Assembly: GCA_965204725.1 (NCBI GenBank) | Contig: OZ242005.1 | Coordinates: 3,680,001-3,744,000, forward strand | DNA: 64,000 nucleotides | From: Candidatus Latescibacterota bacterium | GTDB lineage: Bacteria; Latescibacterota; UBA2968; UBA8231 | Reading direction: 5' to 3' | In this document: in pieces, positions 20,054-29,254 of the stretch | How the letters are laid out: each line of letters begins with the position of its first letter | Position numbering within the stretch: the stretch's first letter is position 1 | Position numbers and translations under genes: made by a program | The notes under the pieces: generated by a model | Told to the model about the DNA's origin: nothing | What the model saw: only the letters and a program-made list of their open reading frames with translations | The model's database searches: none

Positions 20054-20109
20054 GATTCACTCCTTGAGTGGGGGGTTCGTGGGGCCATTTTAGGGCCGGG
20101 GCGGGTGGA

Positions 20110-20904
20110 TTAGGGCAAGCGCAACAAGATCAGCGTCCCCAGCGCCACCAAGCTGGTTACTTGCATTCCAATCAACCAGCGGGTTAGCACGGAGATCTCT
20201 CGCCGCAGTTCGCGGCCTTGCGCGGCAATGGTTTGCTCCATGTGGTCTAAGCGGGCGTTGGTCTGCTGGCCTTGCGCGTCAATGGTTTGCTCCATGCGGT
20301 CAAAGCGGGCGTTGGTCTGCTGGCCTTGTTCGGCGATCTCTTGCCGCAGTTCGCGCCCTTGCTCGTCGATACGGCTGCCTTGCTTGTCGATGGCTTGCCG
20401 CAGTTCGCGCCCTTGCTCGTCAATACGGCTGCCTTGCTTGTCGATGGCTTGCCGCAGTTCGCGCCCTTGCTCGTCAATACGGCTGCCTTGTTCGGCGATG
20501 GTTTGCTCCATGTGGTCAAAGCGGGCGTTGGTCTGCTGGCCTTGCGCGGCGATTTCTTGCCGCAGTTCGCTGCCTTGGGCGTCGATGCGGCTGCCTTGCG
20601 CGGCAATGGTTTGCTCCATGTGGTCAAAGCGGGCGTTGGTCTGCTGGCCTTGCGCGGCGATTTCTTGCCGCAGGGCACTGCCTTGCTCGTCGATACGGCG
20701 GCCTTGGGCGTCGATACGGCGGCCTTGCTTGTCGATTTCTTGCCGCAGTTCGCTGCCCTGCTCGGCAATGGTTTGCTCGATGTGGTCTAAGCGGGTGTTG
20801 GTCTGGCGGCTTTGCGCGACGAATTGTTCGGCAGTGCCTTCTAGCTGGCTGAGGCGGCGGTCGTGGTCTTGCTCTTGGGTTAGGGGGAGGGGTTGTTCTG
20901 TCAT
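20110..20904 (-). CDS. Modular coiled-coil membrane-anchored protein, 264 aa
   Basis: ATG 20904 with AAGGAG RBS; same modules and tail as 14663-15400. Confidence 0.8.
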   Translation of the reverse strand: MTEQPLPLTQEQDHDRRLSQLEGTAEQFVAQSRQTNTRLDHIEQTIAEQGSELRQEIDKQGRRIDAQGRRIDEQGSALRQEIAAQGQQTNARFDHMEQTIAAQGSRIDAQGSELRQEIAAQGQQTNARFDHMEQTIAEQGSRIDEQGRELRQAIDKQGSRIDEQGRELRQAIDKQGSRIDEQGRELRQEIAEQGQQTNARFDRMEQTIDAQGQQTNARLDHMEQTIAAQGRELRREISVLTRWLIGMQVTSLVALGTLILLRLP

Positions 20905-21009
20905 GGTTCGCTCCTTTGGTGGGAGGGTTTGTGGGGAGGTTTGGGTAGGCCGGAGAGCGGTTCGGCCATACTTGCAAGATAAGGGAAAATGAGGGGGTGT
21001 GTCACGTCT

Positions 21010-21050
21010 AGAAAGAAAAATGGGGCCTCTGGCTGAGAGAGGCCCCATTG
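21010..21050 (-). terminator. Rho-independent terminator
   Basis: Identical to 15506-15546. Confidence 0.75.
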
Positions 21051-21128
21051 TATGAACTCGATTCGTCCTTCCCGCGTGCGCGGGAAGGACGGGAGCTGGC
21101 GGAACCGGCTCCTGCTGACGGCGACCGG

Positions 21129-24100
21129 CTACTTGAGCAACAGCATCTTCCTTACGGCGTGGAACTCGCCGCCGGCTTGCAAGCGGTAGAAGTAAACCCC
21201 TGCTGACAGGCTTTGGCCGTTGTCGTTGGTGGCGTCCCAAGCGACTAGATAGCGGCCGGCAGCTTGGTGCTCAGCCACCAGCGTCCGCACGACCTGACCG
21301 ACGACATTATAGACCGTTAGTTGCACGTCCGCCGGTTGCGGCAAGGCGTACTGGATCGTCGTCGCCGGGTTGAAGGGGTTCGGGTAGTTGGTTGCGAGCG
21401 CGAAGGCGGCGGGGCGCGTTTGGAGCTGCATTGTTACGCTGGCACCGAGGGCGTCCGTCACCGTGTAGATGTAAACGGGGGAGCCTTCGGACTGCGGCGT
21501 ACCGGAAATCGTCCGGGTGGATGCGTCGAAGGACAGGCCCGCAGGTAATTCGGGGGAAAGGGTGTACGTCAACGGGGCGGTGCCGCCGGTGGCTGAAGGG
21601 AGCGTGAAAGCATTGACCGGCTGACCGGAGATGAACTCGGGGATGGAAGCACCGTCGTCGGAAGCGGTTGGGACGAGCTTGCCGGCGCCGAAGAAGACTA
21701 GGTCGAAGGTTATCTCGGCGTTGACTGTGATGGAGAAGGTCAACGTGGCGGAGGCTCCCGTGCCGTCGGCGGCGGTATAGGTTACTTCGACAGGTTCGTC
21801 GGTAGCGGCGTCGGGTGTGCCGGAAATCGTCCGCGTGGCCGCGTCGAAGGACAGGCCCGCGGGCAGGTCGGTGACGCTATACGCGATGTCGCCGACACCG
21901 CCAACGGCGGCGGGCAGTTCCATAGCGCTGATCGCCGTACCAGCGGTGTATTTTTGGTCGGCAATGGACGTGCCGTCGGCGAAGGCGAGAGGGGTGGCTT
22001 CTGGGGGAAGCGGGGGCTCAGCACCGTCGGCGAGCGTGATGTGGGCTGAACCGCCGGTCAGGCCCTCAGCAGAGGCGATGAGGGTGATCGTCTCGTTGCC
22101 TTCGTCCTCGTTGTCGGCCGTCGGGTCGATCAGCAGGGTGATCGAACCGGAGGTGGAACCGGCCGGGATGGACAGCGAGGGGTTGTACAACGCGGAATAG
22201 TCTAAATCGCGGGTGGCAGCCGATTCTGGGTCAATGGAGAGGGTTACGGTGGCAGCCGCGTCGAGAGCCTTGCCGTCTAGCATGGCGGTGACGGTCAGTT
22301 GCGTTACGCCGGCGTCCTCGCTGAGGGTGTGCGGCGTTACCTCCAGCGACAGGGACGTGCTGGGCGTCTCGTCGTCGGCGATTTTGATGTCGGTTTGGGC
22401 GGAGCCGCCGGAAGCGGAGGCTTGCGCGCCTAGGTACTTGTTGCCATCGACCTCCTCGTTGTCGAGGGGGGTGAGGGTTAGCAGCGTCCGGCCTTGTGTC
22501 TCACCGGCGGCGACGACGACCGAGCCGCCGATGACGGCGGTGTAATCGGCGTCGCGCACGGCCGGCGTGCCGGAACTGGGGGCGGCAATGGTGAAGAGGA
22601 TGGTCTCGGCTCTGGGGGCGGGAGCGGCTAGCGTCGCCGTCAGGAGGATGGCGGTGGTCTCGCCGTTCTCGCGGATGGAGGAATGGGTCGAGGTGATGCT
22701 GGCGACGCGCACGGTGGCCGGCGGGGCCGTACCGATCTCAAAGGTGAGGCTGAGGACGGCGGTGTTGACTGGGTCGGGCGCGCTGTCGATGACGGTGTAC
22801 ACGACGGTGGCGTCGCCTGCCGTCAGCGGTGTGCCCGATAGGGTGCGGGTTTCTGCGTCGAATTTTAGACCGGCGGGCAGGGTGGCGGACACGCTATACG
22901 TCTTGTCGCCAATGCCGCCGGTGGCGGCGGGCAGGACATAAGGCTCAATGGCCGTGCCGACGACGTATTCAAACACGGTGGAGACTACATCGACGTCCTC
23001 GTCGAAAACGAGGCCGCCCGGGGCCGTCTCTGGGTCGCCATCTTTTAGGGTTATGACGGTTGTGGTGACGGTGACGTCCTCGTCGTCATCATTCTTCACC
23101 GGGCTTTTCAGCGCGGTCAGGCCGATCTTTTTGTCGCCGCCCGCGAGGGGGGTTACGGACACAGTGGTTGTGCCGCTGACTTCGCCGGCCTCAATCGTCA
23201 GGCCGCGCAGAATGGCGGTGTATTCGGTGTCGCGGGTGGCGGCTTTATCGGCGTCGTCCACGTCGCCGTCGGCGTCCGTGTCGGTGGTGACGACTAAGAC
23301 TATGTTCACGTCCTCGTCGAAGGATTGGCCGTCTAAGGTGCCGGTGATCGTGACGTTGTTGGCGCCGGTGCCGGCCTTGAGTTCGGCGGGATTGGCCGTC
23401 AGCATGATCTGAGTGCTCTGCGTCTCGTCATCTACAATGGTGATCGTCGCGGTGGCGTCCGTGGCGGACTCGCCGACCGAGGCGACTACATCGAAGGTGC
23501 GCGCGTCGTTCACCACCTCGTTATCGACCGGGGTGAGCACCAGCGTGGTTGAGGCTGTGGTCTGGCCTTTGGGCACGACGAGATCGCTCAAGACGACCGT
23601 GTAGTCTATGTCGCGGCGACCCTCTTGCGGGTTGATGGTGAACGTCACTCGCGTATCTGACGCTACGGCGTCCTTCAAGGTGACTTTCAGGGCGATTTCT
23701 TGCCGACCGGCTCCCTCGCGGATTGTCGCAGGCGTGGCAGTCAGGCCGTCGGTCGCGCTTTTGAGCGTGACAACGGGGGTGTCCGTTATCTCAAAGAGAT
23801 GGTGGGGAAACTCAATATACTGCGGCAGTTTGCTTTCAACTAACACAAACCTCGGATTCGACGTAGGCCACCAATCGGGACGGGTACGGGAAGGATGAGT
23901 CTCGAGACGGTCCATCCTACCAGCCGGCTGAGTAGTATCGTACTCTTGGCTATACTGAGCACCCCGGTCAGCGATCCAAGGGACCCTTTTAGCCGCTATC
24001 GCAGCCAGCAGCAGGGCTCCGCCGTCGCGAGCGGGGACGCGGGTGTTTGATGGTCCGACATCTCCGCCAAATAGGGCAAAAGGAGGACCAACCCCTACAT

Positions 24101-25586
24101 TCTGGCCCTGCGTCCCAGCATCATTACGAGCACCACCTAGAAAGTCTTGGAGAGTACCATCGTTATCAAAAGCATCAATCACCCCATTACCGTTCAGGTC
24201 GACGCCGATTCTCCCTTCCCGAATAAGGCCGTCGCAGCGGCCATCAAAGTTGAGATCGTGTTGGGACAGGGGGCCGGAGGTCGTGGGGGTGCAGCCTAAA
24301 CCTTCTTCGTTGAAGATAACGGCGCGGTCGGGCCGCTTAGTACCACCAGAGACGTAACCGCCGATTTTACTAAGCGCCAGCGAGTCGCTCATGTCCCCAT
24401 CGAGGTTCAAGTCAATGCCGTTGAGGACCAGCTTCTCCGTCCCCGCCGCGAACGCGATGTAGCCAACCTTGCCTTTGGGATCGATGGTAATCGTCGCCTT
24501 CCCCGATGGCTTATTCCGGCGTATGGTTAGCGACGCGGACTGCGCCGAGTAATCCGTATCGCGCGTCAGTACATCGGACGCACTAACACCCAGCGGGAAA
24601 TTAGTGTGACGATCACCGGGGAACTGCGTTTTATGGATCAAGGTAAAGGTTTGGTCCGACCGCAACGGGGCACCGTTCAAGGTCGCGGTCACGGTAACCT
24701 CGGTCGGCCCCGCATCCTTGCTCAGACTGGCCGGCGAAAACGAAAGGTTTACCTGATTGGTTAGCTTTTCGTCGTCCGTTACGCGAATCTCCGTCCGCTT
24801 AACTGTCTCGCTACCGGCAAGGCCGTCAATTTTAATGATAAGATCGGGATAGCGGCGGCCCAGGAGGGTGCCGCGCTGTTCGAAGTGGTAGTAACGGTAT
24901 TGATTACCGAAAAGGTCGTCGGTGTATTGAACACCATCCTTGAGAACGAGGACTTGCAGCGGACTTGAAATTATTTGTTGACTAATGGACTCATCACGAT
25001 CAAGGCCCCAAGGAATGGTGAAGTCATCATAGGTATTATAAAGACCGCGCTCGTCGTTATCCCTCGGCGTGAGGATAATGGTGCCGGTCGCCTTTTTCTG
25101 GTCCTTCGGAATGACTAACGTCGGCAGCGTGATGGCGAATTGGCTATTGACCTGGGCGCGACTATTGTACCAGTCTTTCCAATCCCCCCCCGGCCTAGTC
25201 AGAGGCGCACTCTGGCGAGCACCGCTATCACGGTTCGCAGCGGGAAGGGCCCACCAAGGCTGCCCATAACCCGTCCAACGACCATCTGCATCTATAGTAT
25301 GGCCGGGGCTGAGATTCCCTACTCCGTTGGGGAGGGGAGTCCCGGAGAGATCAGAAATCAAAGTCTGGGCCCCGAGTTTCAGGGAGACGACCGTATTCGC
25401 CGTCACCTTCGCGTCGCTTTCGGCAGTCACGGTGATTTCGGTTCGTCCGTCCTCCTCGCGTATCAGCGGCTTATCGACCGACAGCGTAATCTCCGCTGCC
25501 GCCGCGCCTGCCCAGCCCAACGCCAAGACCGCGACGAGCAGGTAAAGAGCGTAGGGCCGGGATGCAAAAGACTTCATGGATGTCAT
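21129..25586 (-). CDS. Large secreted surface protein: signal peptide, Calx-beta/Ig-like and putative Ig (He_PIG) repeats, FlgD/T9SS-like C-terminal domain
   Basis: Signal peptide LYLLVAVLALGWAGAAAA; three LPAGLxFDAxTRTxSGTP motifs; NYPNPFNPATTI...WDA...GVYFYRL tail; AGGAGG RBS. Confidence 0.85.
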   Translation of the reverse strand: MTSMKSFASRPYALYLLVAVLALGWAGAAAAEITLSVDKPLIREEDGRTEITVTAESDAKVTANTVVSLKLGAQTLISDLSGTPLPNGVGNLSPGHTIDADGRWTGYGQPWWALPAANRDSGARQSAPLTRPGGDWKDWYNSRAQVNSQFAITLPTLVIPKDQKKATGTIILTPRDNDERGLYNTYDDFTIPWGLDRDESISQQIISSPLQVLVLKDGVQYTDDLFGNQYRYYHFEQRGTLLGRRYPDLIIKIDGLAGSETVKRTEIRVTDDEKLTNQVNLSFSPASLSKDAGPTEVTVTATLNGAPLRSDQTFTLIHKTQFPGDRHTNFPLGVSASDVLTRDTDYSAQSASLTIRRNKPSGKATITIDPKGKVGYIAFAAGTEKLVLNGIDLNLDGDMSDSLALSKIGGYVSGGTKRPDRAVIFNEEGLGCTPTTSGPLSQHDLNFDGRCDGLIREGRIGVDLNGNGVIDAFDNDGTLQDFLGGARNDAGTQGQNVGVGPPFALFGGDVGPSNTRVPARDGGALLLAAIAAKRVPWIADRGAQYSQEYDTTQPAGRMDRLETHPSRTRPDWWPTSNPRFVLVESKLPQYIEFPHHLFEITDTPVVTLKSATDGLTATPATIREGAGRQEIALKVTLKDAVASDTRVTFTINPQEGRRDIDYTVVLSDLVVPKGQTTASTTLVLTPVDNEVVNDARTFDVVASVGESATDATATITIVDDETQSTQIMLTANPAELKAGTGANNVTITGTLDGQSFDEDVNIVLVVTTDTDADGDVDDADKAATRDTEYTAILRGLTIEAGEVSGTTTVSVTPLAGGDKKIGLTALKSPVKNDDDEDVTVTTTVITLKDGDPETAPGGLVFDEDVDVVSTVFEYVVGTAIEPYVLPAATGGIGDKTYSVSATLPAGLKFDAETRTLSGTPLTAGDATVVYTVIDSAPDPVNTAVLSLTFEIGTAPPATVRVASITSTHSSIRENGETTAILLTATLAAPAPRAETILFTIAAPSSGTPAVRDADYTAVIGGSVVVAAGETQGRTLLTLTPLDNEEVDGNKYLGAQASASGGSAQTDIKIADDETPSTSLSLEVTPHTLSEDAGVTQLTVTAMLDGKALDAAATVTLSIDPESAATRDLDYSALYNPSLSIPAGSTSGSITLLIDPTADNEDEGNETITLIASAEGLTGGSAHITLADGAEPPLPPEATPLAFADGTSIADQKYTAGTAISAMELPAAVGGVGDIAYSVTDLPAGLSFDAATRTISGTPDAATDEPVEVTYTAADGTGASATLTFSITVNAEITFDLVFFGAGKLVPTASDDGASIPEFISGQPVNAFTLPSATGGTAPLTYTLSPELPAGLSFDASTRTISGTPQSEGSPVYIYTVTDALGASVTMQLQTRPAAFALATNYPNPFNPATTIQYALPQPADVQLTVYNVVGQVVRTLVAEHQAAGRYLVAWDATNDNGQSLSAGVYFYRLQAGGEFHAVRKMLLLK

Positions 25587-25724
25587 CGTTCAACCTCCTG
25601 TGGAATGCAAAGAATACAAAGAGACGTTTTTAGGTTATTCAAGCCATTCAATAATTATGCTAAAAGAGGCTATTTTTGCAAGCATAAGTTGCGTTTGACG
25701 TGTCGGGAAGGACCAAAAGATAGC

Positions 25725-25750
25725 CACAAAAGGCACAAAAGGCACAAAGG
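25725..25750. repeat. Short tandem repeat (CACAAAAGG)x3
   Basis: CACAAAAGG CACAAAAGG CACAAAGG upstream of the surface-protein gene. Confidence 0.7.
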
Positions 25751-25785
25751 GGGGGAGGGGCAGGGGAGGGCTGGGAGGGGCGTTC

Positions 25786-25856
25786 ATGGATTCCCGCTTG
25801 CGCGGGAATGACGAGTTCTTGCGCCTTCCGTCATTCCCGCGCAAGCGGGAATCCAT
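25786..25856. repeat. Inverted REP doublet (REPIN-like)
   Basis: Perfect 28-bp inverted repeat ATGGATTCCCGCTTGCGCGGGAATGACG with a 15-nt spacer. Confidence 0.85.
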
Positions 25857-25922
25857 AAAAGCGTCCTGCCGCGCCCGACCGTCCCCCACCCGCGCCACAC
25901 CCCCACGCCGCCGCGCCCTGCC

Positions 25923-26374
25923 GGTATGAGATACTTCGCTGCGCTCAGTATGACAGGAAGCCGGAAGCCTGTGGTCGCGTCGCTGGTGTCGTGGGGGGGG
26001 GGGGGGGGGGGTAAGTGCTTGTCTTTCAATAAGTTACGACAAATCGTTAAGTCTTGACGTTGTAAGCAGGATGCGGTCATCGCGGCTGGCTGGCCCGCCG
26101 CCAACATCCTCTCATAATTCAGTTGATTTACCATCTTCCTATTCGTCCCTGTTCATTCTGCTCATTCATAAAACACCAAAATATGCCGAAAAACCCCCGC
26201 CCGCAAAGGCCGCCCGTGTGTCCTGCTGAGGAAGCGCAGCGAAGCCGAAGCATCTTTACATGCTTTCGAGGCCGTTATAAGGGATGTTCTGTATGGAGTG
26301 TTGGGTATGAGATACTTCGCTACGCTCAGTATGACAGGAAGGCTGTGGTCGCGTCGCTGGCGTCGTAGGGGGGG
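25923..26374. repeat. Second REP-like family: AGATACTTCGCTRCGCTCAGTATGACA in two direct copies plus one degenerate inverted copy
   Basis: Copies at 25929-25955 and 26310-26336, each followed by CTGTGGTCGCGTCGCTGGYGTCGT and a G-run; inverted variant at 26219-26255. Confidence 0.75.
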
Positions 26375-26382
26375 CGGCTAGA

Positions 26383-26820
26383 TCAGGGCAACCGCACCAA
26401 AATCAACGTCCCCAACGCCACCAAGCTAGCCACCTGCATCCCCACCAACCACCGCGTCAGCACATCAATACGGTGCCTTTGCTTGTCGATAGCTTGCTCC
26501 ATGCGGTCAAAGCGAGCGTTCGTCTGCTGCCCTTGTGCGGCGATCTCTTGCCGCAGGTCGCGGCCTTGCTCGTCGATGGTTTGCTCCATGCGGTCAAAGC
26601 GAGCGTTCGTCTGCTGCCCTTGCTCGGCGATCTCTTGCCGCAGGTCGCGGCCTTGCTCGTCGATGCGGCGGCCTTGCTCGGCAATGGTTTGCTCCATGCG
26701 GCCTAAGCGGACGTTGGTCTCGCGGCTTTGCTCGACGAATTGATCGGCAAGGCCTTCTAACCGGCCAAGGCGGAGGTCGCGGTCTTGCGTTTGAGTGAGG
26801 GGGAGGGGTTGTTCCGTCAT
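26383..26820 (-). CDS. Modular coiled-coil membrane-anchored protein, 145 aa
   Basis: MTEQPLPL start, QG modules and hydrophobic tail. Confidence 0.8.
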   Translation of the reverse strand: MTEQPLPLTQTQDRDLRLGRLEGLADQFVEQSRETNVRLGRMEQTIAEQGRRIDEQGRDLRQEIAEQGQQTNARFDRMEQTIDEQGRDLRQEIAAQGQQTNARFDRMEQAIDKQRHRIDVLTRWLVGMQVASLVALGTLILVRLP

Positions 26821-26959
26821 GATTCACTCCTTTCGAGTGAGGGGTTCGGGGGCTGTTTGGGTATGGCCTGAGAGCGTTTAGGCCATACCTGCAAGATAAG
26901 TGAAAATCAGCGGCGCGTCACCTCTATATCCCGCGCAAGCGCAAGAACATAGCGGCTGA

Positions 26960-27117
26960 TTCGGGTGAGCATGGAAAAGACCGTCTCAAGGACCATCCGC
27001 TCGCTCCATTTTACGGCGAAGCAGGAGGACGGTGTCTTCTTTGGCAATAACCGCACCGACGACATAACGCACGATGCCTTCCGAATTGGCTTCTTCAAGG
27101 AACGTGTTTGCAGTCAC
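26960..27117 (-). pseudogene. Gene scraps: NUDIX-like N-terminus joined to a possible transposase fragment
   Basis: GTG 27117 gives VTANTFLEEANSEGIVRYVVGAVIAKEDTVLLLRR; another frame gives WSERMVLETVFSMLTRI. Confidence 0.4.
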
Positions 27118-27302
27118 AGCAAATCCTTGCGGCAGTCGGCAACCTTGCGGAATGCCTTGAACTTTCGTTTGGAAATGGGCTGAGAATATACGGAGCGGCT
27201 AGCGGGTGGCTCAAGGCGCGGCGATTGCTTTTCAGGGGCGGTGTGGTTGGTTACTATTTGAGGGTGTGTAGAGATAGCGACCAATCGCTAACGGGAGGAA
27301 TT

Positions 27303-28439
27303 ATGCTGACTAAAGAAGGATGCCGTGCGCGGCAGCAGCGCCTGTGTGCGCGGCTGGCCGAGCTCGACATCGACTCGGTAGTGCTCAACCATCCAAAGGA
27401 AATCTACTACTTCACCGGGATCATCATCCCGGAAGAGTTCCCCGGCCCGCCGGCCCTCTTCTGGCTAGGGGCCGATGGACACTCCTTGCTGATCGCACAT
27501 ACCGACGCCGGCGAGCCGTGCGCCGACGAGTGCGTCTCCTTTTCCCTCAGCGTCGGCGGCACAGTCTCGCCCGACCTACGAGAGGTGATAAGCGGGCTAA
27601 TCGTCGATACGCTGCGGGCCAAAAAGCCGGCGGCAGGCCGCTTGGGATGGCAGAGCGAGTTTTTGCCGCGTCGCTTGGGACAGGCGGTTGAAGAAGGGCT
27701 GGGCAAAACGCCGGTGTGGATTGCGGTTGATGACCTGCTCGCCGACATGCAGGAGGTCAAGGACCCCGACGAGATCGAGCTGCTACGCAAGGTCGTGCAG
27801 GTTGATCTGGCCGCATACTCCGCAGCGGAAGCGGCGATTGCGCCGGGCGTCAACGAACTGGAGGTGCTAGCGGCGGCGCAGCGAGCAGCGCACCTTGCGG
27901 CCGGTGAGAAAGTGTTCCACGACGGCGACTACCAGTGCGGTGAGTTGGGCGGTTTTGCCCGCAATCGCCCGATTGAGGCCGGAGAAATCTACGTCATTGA
28001 CGCTTGGTCGGTGTACCGCGGCTATTGGGCGGATTTGTGCCGCAGCTTTGCAGTGGGTGAGCCGACCGAAGTGCAGCATTCCGTCTTTGAGCACGTCAAG
28101 GGCTTTCACGACCGCGTCGGCGAGTACTTGCAGCCGGGCAAAGACGGCCGCGAATGCGCGGTGGCCATGGACGCCTATATCCGCGAGCATCCCAAATTAG
28201 CCGACGTCGGCTTGATCCACCACGCCGGGCACAACATCGGCCTGCGGGCGCACCAGATGCCCGACCTCAACAAGGAGCGCGGCGGCACCTTGCGCGTGGG
28301 CAACGTGGTCTCGGTCGAGCCGGGGGCCTACATCCCCGAGGCGCGGGCGGGGGTGCGGCTGGAAAACATGTATCTAATTACCGAGGGCGGCTTGGAAAAC
28401 CTGTCGCCGTATCCAATGGAATTGGGGGCACACTGTTGA
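27303..28439 (+). CDS. Xaa-Pro aminopeptidase / M24 family peptidase
   Basis: VKDPDEI, YWADLCR, HHAGHNIGL, VEPG and GVRLEN motifs; GGAGG RBS before ATG 27303. Confidence 0.9.
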   Translation: MLTKEGCRARQQRLCARLAELDIDSVVLNHPKEIYYFTGIIIPEEFPGPPALFWLGADGHSLLIAHTDAGEPCADECVSFSLSVGGTVSPDLREVISGLIVDTLRAKKPAAGRLGWQSEFLPRRLGQAVEEGLGKTPVWIAVDDLLADMQEVKDPDEIELLRKVVQVDLAAYSAAEAAIAPGVNELEVLAAAQRAAHLAAGEKVFHDGDYQCGELGGFARNRPIEAGEIYVIDAWSVYRGYWADLCRSFAVGEPTEVQHSVFEHVKGFHDRVGEYLQPGKDGRECAVAMDAYIREHPKLADVGLIHHAGHNIGLRAHQMPDLNKERGGTLRVGNVVSVEPGAYIPEARAGVRLENMYLITEGGLENLSPYPMELGAHC

Positions 28440-29254
28440 GCGAGCTACTCGAATTTGCCGAAGACCTCGCCCAGCGCGCTGGGGCGCTAATCGCCAAAGC
28501 ACGGGCGGACCGGGCACTGGATCTGAGTTACAAGGAAGGGATTGAGCTGTTGACGTCGGCCGATTTGCAGGCCGACCAACTCATCCGCAGCGCGATCGAA
28601 AAGACCTTTCCCGAACACCACATCCTCTCCGAAGAATCCTCGCCCGAAATCGCCGAGCCCGCATGGCTGCACGGCCCTTTGTGGGTCATCGACCCGATTG
28701 ACGGCACCGTGAACTACGCCTATAACCAGCCCCAAGTGGCCGTGTCAATCGCCTTTGTCGAAGGCGGCCAAGTGCAGGTCGGGGTGGTGCGCTGCCCCTT
28801 TGTAGAAGAGACCTTTACCGCCCAGCGCGATGTGGGTGCTTGGCTCAATGGCCGCCCCATTCGGCCCAGCGAGTGCAACCACCTATCCCACGCCCTGATT
28901 GGCACGGGCTTTCCCTACGCAGTCAAGGACAGAGAGGAGCTGATGGAGCGCTTGCGCCGCGTCCTCAGATGCTGCCGCGACATTCGCCGCGTAGGCTCGG
29001 CCGCCATTGATTTGTGCTGGGTGGCGATGGGCCGGCTCGACGGCTTTTACGAGACCCTCAAGCCTTGGGACTTGGCCGCGGCCGCGCTGATTGCGCGGGA
29101 AGCCGGTGCTCGCGTTGGGAACTTACAGCCCGTGGAAGGCGTGCTGCCGGAAGAATTGTACGGCCGCGACTTGGTCGCAGCCACGCCGGAAATCTACGAG
29201 CGACTGGTCGCGCTGTTGCATGGGCTGCCCTTCCTCAAGGGATACAAACCATGA
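28436..29254 (+). CDS. Inositol monophosphatase family protein
   Basis: WVIDPIDGTVNY, GSAAIDL and WDLAA motifs; TTG start coupled to the upstream stop. Confidence 0.92.
   Translation: MSELLEFAEDLAQRAGALIAKARADRALDLSYKEGIELLTSADLQADQLIRSAIEKTFPEHHILSEESSPEIAEPAWLHGPLWVIDPIDGTVNYAYNQPQVAVSIAFVEGGQVQVGVVRCPFVEETFTAQRDVGAWLNGRPIRPSECNHLSHALIGTGFPYAVKDREELMERLRRVLRCCRDIRRVGSAAIDLCWVAMGRLDGFYETLKPWDLAAAALIAREAGARVGNLQPVEGVLPEELYGRDLVAATPEIYERLVALLHGLPFLKGYKP

Noticed and set aside
14239-23336. Diversity-generating retroelement (template/variable repeat pair)
   Set aside because: Differences between copies are mostly synonymous and not adenine-specific; no reverse transcriptase in the window.
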